This document shows, piece after piece, positions 53,337 through 64,000 of a stretch of DNA of 64,000 bases. Origin of the DNA: Eledone cirrhosa. Its lineage: Eukaryota. The translations under genes and the position numbers were made by a program. The stretch lies in the NCBI GenBank assembly GCA_964016885.1, contig OZ024762.1, positions 20,646,001 through 20,710,000 of the forward strand, read 5' to 3'. Below the pieces are notes generated by a model that saw nothing but the letters and a program-made list of their open reading frames with translations, ran no database searches and was not told the origin of the DNA. How positions within the stretch are numbered: position 1 is the first letter of the stretch; each line of letters opens with the position of its first letter.

Positions 53337-54491
53337 TGCTATTCTAAGTAGGAAGGTTATTGAATACCACTTAACTAGCAGACATTTTCTGTTTGACAAA
53401 ACAGAACAGAATATAAAGAATTGAATCTGGGAGTAAAAAGAAAGAGAGTCACAATATGAAGTAAAAAAATACAATAAATATATATCTGCTGTATATCAAA
53501 TTAACTAGATTTTATTACACGCAATACTATACATTGTCAGTTTACAAGAAAATATGTCTAATTTTTAGAGAAACGAAAGGACGGATTTCATTTTGTTTAT
53601 TTGCTTTTGTGTTTTTGGAGGATTTATTATGAATATTTTTTTGTTTATGTTTGGGAATTTCTGGTGTTTAGGGGTGGGGGTGTTGTTTGTTTCTTTTCTG
53701 CGCCCCTTTTTCTTCCTTTTCAATTGTGAACATTTTGTAAACTATTTGGTTATATTTGAGGAAACTTTTTTTTTTTCGATATAAGATATATTTCCAATGA
53801 GTATTTACTGTCAGTACATGTGACTTTGATATAAAACTGGTGTATGCCAGCAGTTTGTATTCATTCCCCTCACCCACCATTCCTAAGCTCTACCATTAAC
53901 AGGCAACACTAAAATATGATACCACACCACACCACACAAATATATATATATATATATTTCACCAGATAAGTGTATATTTATAACATTTTACTGCTTATAT
54001 ATATATATTTACACAGACACACGTGTATAATTTCTATTTGTTTTTAACACAACTTTGTTAAACATACAGAAAAAGAAAGCAGTGTTGGAAATGACTATAA
54101 ATGCCATAAATGAGAGGAAAAGGAGAGGAAGAGCAAGGACTACTAGGCAAAGGAAGAAAGGGGGAAAAGGATAGGGTGACAGACTCTATACCTCAGTCAG
54201 AGAAGTGTTTCAGCTGAGATTTGCAGACCAAATGGCAAAGGCATTTCCATGGACAATGGTCAGCGACACACATAACTTGGCTAGATTTATTTCATTTAAT
54301 CCTCAACGCAAGATGGTGGAAGGAAGCTGCAGCAGAGGAAGACTATGAAAGACCTGGGCAGATGTGGTCAAAGCTGATCTCAAAACACTGCAGCTCACAG
54401 GGGAGATGATGAAGGACTGTTATAAGTAGAGGGAAGCTGTGCTGGAAAGGACCCACCCAACTAATGTAGGTATGGAAAAGAGTATGTATAA

Positions 54492-54680
54492 CAATTGTCT
54501 CTACTTTAGGCACAAGGCCAGCAATTAACCAGTGCATTACTGGTACTTTATTTTATCGACCCCGTAAGGATGAAAGGCAAAGTCAACCTCGGCGGGATTT
54601 GAACTCAGATCGTAAAGGGACGTAACTATGCTGGAAAGCATGGCGTCCGACCCTCTACCGATACTGCCAATCCACCGCCC
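54492..54680 (-). mobile_element. SINE family B with target-site duplication
   Basis: Full-length copy; GAGTATGTATAACAAT at 54480-54495 and 54698-54713. Confidence 0.85.
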
Positions 54681-54935
54681 TTATGTATAACATAACGAGT
54701 ATGTATAACAATGATAATTATATATATATATATATATATAGGGAGTGTAACTTGGAGTTACTGTAGGTTCACCCGGGTGAGCACTCGATGTTTAGGTTCA
54801 CTTCTGTGTCGTGGTGTAGAGCTATACAGATCATCATCATCATCATCATCAGGTTTAGCGTCCGTGTTCCACGCTTGCATGGGTTTGGACGGGGGTTTTC
54901 CCACTTGAGGCAAGAGTGGTTGTCTTGCTCGCATA

Positions 54936-57493
54936 GGACTGTCTGGCGGGTTTTCTAGTTGGATGCCCTTCCTAACACCAACCACATTTACAGTGTGGGG
55001 CTGGGAGGTTTTTACCGTGTTGCCTACACGGCCACATTACAGCGTGGACTGTCTGGCGGGTTTTCTACAGCTGGATGCCCTTCCTAACACCAACCACATT
55101 TACAGTGTGGGGCTGGGAGGTTTTTACCGTGTTGCCTACACGGCCACATTACAGCATGGACTGTCTGGCGGGTTTTCTACAGCTGGATGCCCTTCCTAAC
55201 ACCAACCACATTTACAGTGTGGGGCTGGGAGGTTTTTACCGTGTTGCCTACACGGCCACATTACAGCGTGGACTGTCTGGCGGGTTTTCTACAGCTGGAT
55301 GCCCTTCCTAACACCAACCACATTTACAGTGTGGGGCTGGGAGGTTTTTACCGTGTTGCCTACATGGCCACATTACAGCATGGACTGTCTGGCGGGTTTT
55401 CTACAGCTGGATGCCCTTCCTAACACCAACCACATTTACAGTGTGGGGCTGGGAGGTTTTTACCGTGTTGCCTACATGGCCACATTACAGCATGGACTGT
55501 CTGGCGGGTTTTCTAAAGCTGGATGCCCTTCCTAACACCAACCACATTTACAGTGTGGGGCTGGGAGGTTTTTACCGTGTTGCCTACATGGCCACATTAC
55601 AGCATGGACTGTCTGGCGGGTTTTCTACAGCTGGATGCCCTTCCTAACACCAACCACATTTACAGTGTGGGGCTGGGAGGTTTTTACCGTGTTGCCTACA
55701 TGGCCACATTACAGCATGGACTGTCTGGCGGGTTTTCTACAGCTGGATGCCCTTCCTAACACCAACCACATTTACAGTGTGGGGCTGGGAGGTTTTTACC
55801 GTGTTGCCTACACGGCCACATTACAGCATGGACTGTCTGGCGGGTTTTCTACAGCTGGATGCCCTTCCTAACACCAACCACATTTACAGTGTGGGGCTGG
55901 GAGGTTTTTACCGTGTTGCCTACACGGCCACATTACAGCATGGACTGTCTGGCGGGTTTTCTACAGCTGGATGCCCTTCCTAACACCAACCACATTTACA
56001 GTGTGGGGCTGGGAGGTTTTTACCGTGTTGCCTACACGGCCACATTACAGCATGGACTGTCTGGCGGGTTTTCTACAGCTGGATGCCCTTCCTAACACCA
56101 ACCACATTTACAGTGTGGGGCTGGGAGGTTTTTACCGTGTTGCCTACACGGCCACATTACAGCATGGACTGTCTGGTGGGTTTTCTACAGCTGGATGCCC
56201 TTCCTAACACCAACCACATTTACAGTGTGGGGCTGGGAGGTTTTTACCGTGTTGCCTACACGGCCACATTACAGCATGGACTGTCTGGCGGGTTTTCTAC
56301 AGCTGGATGCCCTTCCTAACACCAACCACATTTACAGTGTGGGGCTGGGAGGTTTTTACCGTGTTGCCTACACGGCCACATTACAGCATGGACTGTCTGG
56401 CGGGTTTTCTACAGCTGGATGCCCTTCCTAACACCAACCACATTTACAGTGTGGGACTGGGAGGTTTTTACCGTGTTGCCTACATGGCCACATTACAGCA
56501 TGTACTGTCTGGCGGGTTTTCTAAAGCTGGATGCCCTTCCTAACACCAACCACATTTACAGTGTGGGGCTGGGAGGTTTTTACCGTGTTGCCTACACGGC
56601 CACATTACAGCATGGACTGTCTGGCGGGTTTTCTACAGCTGGATGCCCTTCCTAACACCAACCACATTTACAGTGTGGGGCTGGGAGGTTTTTACCGTGT
56701 TGCCTACACGGCCACATTACAGCATGGACTGTCTGGCGGGTTTTCTACAGCTGGATGCCCTTCCTAACACCAACCACATTTACAGTGTGGGGCTGGGAGG
56801 TTTTTACCGTGTTGCCTACACGGCCACATTACAGCATGGACTGTCTGGCGGGTTTTCTACAGCTGGATGCCCTTCCTAACACCAACCACATTTACAGTGT
56901 GGGGCTGGGAGGTTTTTACCGTGTTGCCTACACGGCCACATTACAGCATGGACTGTCTGGTGGGTTTTCTACAGCTGGATGCCCTTCCTAACACCAACCA
57001 CATTTACAGTGTGGGGCTGGGAGGTTTTTACCGTGTTGCCTACACGGCCACATTACAGCATGGACTGTCTGGCGGGTTTTCTACAGCTGGATGCCCTTCC
57101 TAACACCAACCACATTTACAGTGTGGGGCTGGGAGGTTTTTACCGTGTTGCCTACACGGCCACATTACAGCATGGACTGTCTGGCGGGTTTTCTACAGCT
57201 GGATGCCCTTCCTAACACCAACCACATTTACAGTGTGGGGCTGGGAGGTTTTTACCGTGTTGCCTACACGGCCACATTACAGCATGGACTGTCTGGTGGG
57301 TTTTCTACAGCTGGATGCCCTTCCTAACACCAACCACATATACAGTGTGGGGCTGGGAGGTTTTTACCGTGTTGCCTACACGGCCACATTACAGCATGGA
57401 CTGTCTGGCGGGTTTTCTACAGCTGGATGCCCTTCCTAACACCAACCACATTTACAGTGTGGGGCTGGGAGGTTTTTACCGTGTTGCCTACAC
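54936..57493 (-). repeat. 112-bp tandem array (~22.8 units) derived from LINE-C 3' UTR, attached to tail at 54830-54935
   Basis: ORF starts recur every 112 bp (54963 to 57315); unit matches reverse complement of 8414-8525. Confidence 0.95.
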
Positions 57494-58111
57494 AGAGTGT
57501 ATTATATTGAAAAGATAACTGATGCAACACTGATTCCTCGTTCTTTATGATATATATATATATATATACAGAGGTTGTATTTAATGTGTTGGGATTCAAC
57601 AAGCTTAAAAGTGTTTATAACTGATATGAAGCACTCAACAAAAAGTGGAGTAAATACACAATATATTAATATATTAATAATATCCAGGAAGCCCCAACCG
57701 TAGAGGAGAGGGGAATGGATGGGGTACGGGGGGGGGTAATGTGAAGGTGGTGGAGCAGAGGAGGGGGGAGTGAAGGGGAGGAGAGAAGGGGGGGGGGGTA
57801 AGAGGAAAAAAGAATAAGGTAAAGAAGAAGACTGTTGTTTTCGTCACTGTTGTTGTTGTTGTTGTCAATGTTGTTGTTATTTATGTTGTTGTTATTATTG
57901 TTGTTGTTATTGTTGTCATTGTTGTTGTTATTCATGTTGTCGTTGTTATTGTTGTCATTGTTGTTGTTGTTGTGGTGGTGGTTGTCATTATTGTTGTTGT
58001 ACTTGATGTCGTTGTTGCTGTTGTGGCTGTTGTTGCAGTTGTAAACATTGTTGCTGTTGTTGTAATGGATGTTGTTGTTATTGTTGTGGTTGTTGCTGTT
58101 TCCATTGTAGT

Positions 58112-59235
58112 TATATAGAATATATAACAGACTATAGAATGTATAGAATATATAAAATATATAGAATATAGAATATATAGAATATATAGAATATAGAATA
58201 TATAGAAAATATAGAATATATAGAATATAGAATATATAAAATATATAGAATATATAGAATATATAGAATATATAGAATATAGAATATATAGAATATATAG
58301 AATATATAGAATATATAGAAAATATAGAATATATAGAATATATAAAATATATAGAATATAGAATGTATAGAATATATAAAATATATAGAATATAGAATAT
58401 ATAGAATATATAGAATATAGAATATATAGAAAATATAGAATATATAGAATATAGGATATATAAAATATATAGAATATATAGAATATATAGAATATATAGA
58501 ATATAGAATATATAGAATATATAGAATATATAGAATATATAGAAAATATAGAATATATAGAATATATAAAATATATAGAATATAGAATATATAGAATATA
58601 TAGAATATATAGAATATATAAAATATATAGAATATAGAATATATAGAAAATATAGAATATATAGAATATATAGAATATATAAAATATATAGAATATAGAA
58701 TATATAGAATATATAAAATATATAGAATATAAATATATAGAATATAGAATATATAGAATATAGAATATATAAAATATATAAAATATATAGAATATAGAAT
58801 ATATAGAATATAGAATATATAGAATATAGATTATATAAAATATATAGAATATAGAATATATAGAATATTGAATATATAGAATATATAAAATATAGAATAT
58901 ATAAAATATATGGAATATAGAATATATAGAATATATAAAATATATAGAATATAGAATATATAAAATATATAGAATATAGAATATATAAAATATAGATTAT
59001 ATAAAATATATAGAATATAGAATATATAAAATATAGAATATATAAAATATATAGAATATATAGAATATAGAATATTGAATATATAGAATATATAAAATAT
59101 ATAGAATATAGAATATATAAAATATATAGAATATATAGAATATAGAATATTGAATATATAGAATATAGAATATATAGAATATAGAATATATAGAATATAT
59201 AGATTATAGAATATATAGAATATAGAATAGAATAT
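58112..59235. repeat. (ATAGAAT/ATATAGAAT)n satellite
   Basis: Direct inspection. Confidence 0.95.
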
Positions 59236-59846
59236 AATATATCATCATCATCACCACCAACAACAAGATCATCATCATCATCATCATCATCCTCATCATC
59301 ATAATCATGATCATCATATATTTGGGTTGTCCCAAAATATAGAACATAAAATATAGTATATTAACCATAGAATATAGAACAAGAAAATATAGAATGTAAA
59401 ACATATCGAATATAGAACATAGAACATGTAGAATATATAAAATATGGTAAATCTTGAGTTGAAATTATATTTAGAGGTGTTAGAAGCTATTGAGAGACAG
59501 AAGAGGGCAAAAAAATAAAGGATTTCTTTGTATTTCTTCATTTTGTTTCATAAAAGAACATTTTTTTTATTAGATTTATATATTGGTATTTTTTTTTAAT
59601 ATAATTTTTATGTTTTATGTTTGCTATTTTTTTCTGTTAATAAGACATGGAATATAATAAAATTTGAAAATTTATATATATATATGTGTGTGTATGTGTA
59701 TGTATGTATGTATATATATATATATGTGTGTGTATGTGTGTGTATGTATGTATATATATATATTTGTGTGTGTATATATATATATATAATGTATGTATAT
59801 ATATATATATATACATATATATACATATTTATACATATATATATAC

Positions 59847-59921
<75 letters not shown>

Positions 59922-59948
59922 TATACATATTTATACATATATATATAC

Positions 59949-60007
<59 letters not shown>

Positions 60008-60316
60008 AATGTTTTTTTTCATATTTTCTGGAAAAGAATATATATATGTGTTATAATGATTTTAAGATGTACTACTTTTTTCATTTAAATAAATAAAAAG
60101 TTTGAAAAAGAAATTTTTCTTCTTAAATTAAAAATATATGTATCTGTATGTGTATGCGTATATCTATATATATATGTGTGTGTGTGTATGTGTATATATA
60201 TATATATACACACACACACATATATAAAGATATACACATACACACACTCATATATATAGACAAACACAAACATGCATATATATATATGTATACACATACA
60301 CATATATATATATATT

Positions 60317-60366
<50 letters not shown>

Positions 60367-60650
60367 AACCCAGACACATGTGCACATATATACATATATG
60401 TATAGAGAGAGGGAGAGTAACAGAATACCACCTATGACTGTTGTTACACGCATAACTAACATATATATATAATATATATATATATAATATATATATAATA
60501 TATATATATATAATATATATATAATATATATATATATAATATATATATAATATATATATATATAATATATATAGATATAATATATATATATATGACTGCC
60601 AAGACTGGAATTGAACCATCAGCACAGTTGAGGTATGTCAGACATCAATT

Positions 60651-60716
60651 TATTTTATCTGATGAGGACGTACTGATGAAACAGCACAGTACCTCTGAAA
60701 TATATATAATAAAATA
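60651..60716 (+). ncRNA. Type I hammerhead ribozyme
   Basis: TATTTTAT-CTGATGA-GGAC GTACTG..CAGTAC CTCT-GAAA-TATATA-TA^ATAAAATA; perfect 8-bp stem I. Confidence 0.65.
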
Positions 60717-60760
60717 TATTTGATCACATGAATGTCTATATTTATTAATATTTTGAAGTA

Positions 60761-60791
<31 letters not shown>

Positions 60792-60799
60792 CACATATA

Positions 60800-60834
<35 letters not shown>

Positions 60835-60885
60835 TACACATATATATATTATATATATATATACATATATATATACATACATATA

Positions 60886-61231
60886 TCATCATCATCATCA
60901 TTTCATTTTACGTCCGCTTTTTCCCTGCTTGCAAGGGTGGGACGGGAACTGATTCTGGCTTGATTTCTACAGCTGGATGCCCTTCCTAACACCAACCTCA
61001 TTTACAGTGAGTGCTGGGTGCTTTTTTGCTGTGGCACCTCCACAACCACTTTGCAGTGGAATGATAGGGACCCCAGTCCCTATCATCTCATTTCTACAGC
61101 TGAGTAAACTGGAGCAATGTGAAATAAAGTGCCTTGCTCAAGGAAACAACACATCACCCGGTCTGAGAATTGAACTCACAACCTTTCGATTGCAAGGCCA
61201 ATGCTCTAACCACTAAGCCATGTGCCTCCAT
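60886..61231 (-). mobile_element. SINE family A, full length
   Basis: Reverse complement of 49013-49340. Confidence 0.92.
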
Positions 61232-61387
61232 ATATATATATATATTGTTGGCTAATATATATATATATTGTTAGCTAATATGCAGATCTGACTGATCAAC
61301 CAGTCTGCTAATATGCAAATCAGGCCAAACAGTCACTGTGTATTTTTGAAAATAGCATATATTTTCACTAGCTATATATATATATAT

Positions 61388-62896
61388 ATCATCATCATCA
61401 TCATCATCATCATTTTACGTCCGCCTTTCCCTGCTTGCAAGGGTGGGACGGGTCTTATTCAGCACAGCATCTCTCCACTCGTCACGGTCCCTCGTCATCT
61501 CCACCGTGAGCTTCAATGATCTGAGGTCTGTTCTCACCACCTCCGCCCATGTTTTTCGTGGTCTACCTCTACTACGTCTTCCTTCAACTGGCATTTCCTG
61601 GCACTTCTTCACCCATCGGTCATCCTCCATGCGCATCACATGTCCATACCACCTCAGTCTCCTCTCCCGTACACTACATTCTATCCCTCTCAGACACAGT
61701 TTCTCTCTCAACACATTTATGCTGGGTCGTTCACGCACATTTACACTGCACATCCAACGGAGCATGCTTGCCTCATTTCTCTCCAGCCGTCGCATATCTT
61801 CTGCGGTAGCTGCCCATGTCTCACTACCATGCAGCATCGCGCTCCTCACACAGGCATCATACAACCGGCCTTTCGTACGCAGGGAGAAACCCTTCTTCAT
61901 CAACAGAGGAAGCAGCTCCCTAAACTTCTTCCAACCCGTCCTTATTCTAGATACTATGGCCTCGGAACACCCTCCTCCCATGCTAATCTGATCTCCTAGG
62001 TACCGGAAGCTATCCACCACTTCTATAGCGCCCTCTCGCATTTGAAAAATGTGTCTATCAGTGCGACTTCTACTGTCTAATTTCCCTGTACATCTACTGC
62101 ATACATATTTCTCCCTACCTGTTAGTTTGCCTGCTATCCCGCTACATCTCTTGTGTACCCAGGACCTACATTGTGTGCATTTTATAGAATTTATGCCAGT
62201 TCCTTTTCTGCATATCGAACATGGCCATTTCCCTGACGGAATCAGGGTTTTGTCCTCTTTTCTACTCATCAACACTTTTGTCTTAGCTAGATTTACTCTC
62301 AGTCCTCTTGCTTCCAACTGCTGTTTCCATAGCCGGAATTTATTCTCTAGCTCCTCTACTGATTCTGCCATAAGAGCCAGATCGTCAGCATAGAGAAGTT
62401 CCCATGGACAGCCAGTCTTAAACTCCTCTGTTATGGCTTGGAGGACTATAATGAACAAGAGCGGGCTGAGGACCGAACCCTGATGTACTCCTACTTGTAT
62501 TTGGAATTCCTCACTAAACTCCATTCCTACCCTGACTTTACTGAGAGTACCTCTGTACAAAGTTTGCACTGTCCTTACAAGCCATTCCTCAACACCCAGC
62601 TTCCTTAGGGACCACCAGATGACAGATCGGGGTACCCTATCAAAGGCCTTCTCTAGGTCAACAAAGGCCAAGTATAGTGGCTTATTCTTCTCTAAGAACC
62701 TCTCTTGCATTTGTCTCACCAAGAAGAGGGCATCTGTTGTACTCTTCCCAGGCACAAAACCAAACTGCATCTCATCTAGTTTGACCCTTTCTCTAATTAG
62801 TTGTGCTAAAATCCTTTCTGCCACTTTCATAACCTGATCTATCAGTTTTATACCCCTATAATTGCTCCTCTCCAAAGCATCCCCTTTACCTTTGTA
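61388..62896 (-). mobile_element. RTE-clade LINE family A, 5'-truncated, (ATG)n tail
   Basis: Uninterrupted RT-containing frame; (TA)n on both sides. Confidence 0.95.
61415..62896 (-). CDS. LINE ORF2 fragment: reverse transcriptase plus PHD-like finger plus C-terminal domain
   Basis: NYRGIKL, QFGF, FVDLEKAFDRVPR, GVHQGSVLSPLLF, LYADDL, N..KT, CSIC..CTQC..H..C..CSRC, FRYLG, RLRWYGHV, GRPRKTW; endonuclease absent. Confidence 0.95.
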   Translation of the reverse strand, partial: YKGKGDALERSNYRGIKLIDQVMKVAERILAQLIRERVKLDEMQFGFVPGKSTTDALFLVRQMQERFLEKNKPLYLAFVDLEKAFDRVPRSVIWWSLRKLGVEEWLVRTVQTLYRGTLSKVRVGMEFSEEFQIQVGVHQGSVLSPLLFIIVLQAITEEFKTGCPWELLYADDLALMAESVEELENKFRLWKQQLEARGLRVNLAKTKVLMSRKEDKTLIPSGKWPCSICRKGTGINSIKCTQCRSWVHKRCSGIAGKLTGREKYVCSRCTGKLDSRSRTDRHIFQMREGAIEVVDSFRYLGDQISMGGGCSEAIVSRIRTGWKKFRELLPLLMKKGFSLRTKGRLYDACVRSAMLHGSETWAATAEDMRRLERNEASMLRWMCSVNVRERPSINVLREKLCLRGIECSVRERRLRWYGHVMRMEDDRWVKKCQEMPVEGRRSRGRPRKTWAEVVRTDLRSLKLTVEMTRDRDEWRDAVLNKTRPTLASRERRT

Positions 62897-62911
62897 TGTA
62901 TCTATGTATAA

Positions 62912-62977
<66 letters not shown>

Positions 62978-63139
62978 AAAAAAAAATGAAATCAAAAATG
63001 CAACTGGAGTCTTTTTTTTTTTAAATATATATATTTATTTGGTTCCTTTACCAGTTTTGCAGTTCTTCTGCTTTTCAAAAGTAGAGTTGAGATGGAAGGT
63101 CTGTGGTTTTTCTCACATCTATATATATATATATATATA

Positions 63140-63334
63140 TAACGAAGGAGTGTGGTAAGGAACCAGATGGACCATAACACACCAGAGTACTCAATATTTA
63201 GGGTAGTAGAGTGGGTAATAGGAAAAAGTTTAACCCCGATGGCAGAGCTCAAGCAGTTTCGACGGCTATTTCTGAATCCAGAAATAGCTGTCGAAACGGC
63301 TTGAGCTCTGCCGTCGGGGTTAAACTTTTTCCTA
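63140..63334 (-). mobile_element. Fold-back element (tail plus 56-bp arms) with HHR 3' half
   Basis: Arms 63219-63274/63279-63334; GAAAC-GGC-loop-GCC-GTC^GGGG. Confidence 0.8.
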
Positions 63335-63365
63335 GACATATATATGTATACATATAATATAATAT

Positions 63366-63566
63366 GCGCCACGGAAAAAAAAGACCCAGCACTCACTGTA
63401 AATGAGGTTGGTGTTAGGAAGAGCATCCAGCTGTAGAAATCAAGCCAGAATCAGTTCCCGTATGAGCAAGACAAGGTCAGCCGACCGGACACTGCCCACC
63501 CACAACAGGATAACCCATCTAACCCATGCTAGCATGGAAGAACGGACGTAAAACGATGATGATGAT
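63366..63566 (+). mobile_element. LINE-B UTR/tail fragment
   Basis: Module plus tail B plus (GAT)n. Confidence 0.8.
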
Positions 63567-63785
63567 ATATGTATGTATATATATATATATATAAGCAAAA
63601 AGGATATTCAATTTGTTGGTAATTCAACAAATATAAATGTTTATAACTGATTCAGAGCACTCAACAAGTTTTCTGGAGTATAATATTCAATGATATTAAA
63701 TAAATGGAAACTATATTTATAAAACTAGCGTGGAAGAACGGAAGTAAAACGATGATGATGATGATGATGTATACATATATATGTA

Positions 63786-63832
<47 letters not shown>

Positions 63833-64000
63833 ATAGTGAAAAATTGAACGGGAACAAAACAGAGAGGCAGTACGAACAAATGTTTATTAGTTTCACGCTC
63901 TTGAGCATGGGGTGGTGGTGGGGGGACGACGTTTCGGGCATAAGCCCTTCTTCAGGCGAAAAGTGTGTGGGAAAAGAGTTCCAAGGGTGTGTAGGGGAGT

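Noticed and set aside
54936-57493. CRISPR-like array or repeated 78-aa gene cluster
   Set aside because: Units are near-identical head-to-tail with no unique spacers and no cas genes; the unit derives from a LINE UTR and the ORFs are periodic artefacts

Overview
Gene-poor, extremely repeat-rich eukaryotic DNA. The SINE/LINE repertoire and (TA)n density look like an octopus/cephalopod genome, which is inferred from the repeats only. No host protein-coding gene is recognisable, and most listed ORFs are microsatellite artefacts. The real coding remnants are all transposon-derived: an RTE-clade LINE (RT plus PHD-like finger, 61388-62896, minus) and several 5'-truncated relatives; a Penelope-like element (PLE; RT C-terminus plus GIY-YIG, 35738-37517); a LINE tail with three C2H2 fingers; an internally deleted Helitron missed by the ORF track; a mariner remnant; and hAT/Tc1 MITEs. 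There are three SINE families and many mini/microsatellites, including a 112-bp array derived from a LINE 3' UTR. The most striking signal is about a dozen hammerhead-ribozyme (HHR) motifs from several sequence families. Many sit in short fold-back elements with a common layout: inverted copy, loop, PLE terminal repeat, unpaired tail. They are usually inserted in (TA)n. The PLE and a 120-bp TSD-flanked mini-insertion share this layout, which suggests these hairpins are minimal snap-back PLE retrotransposition products.
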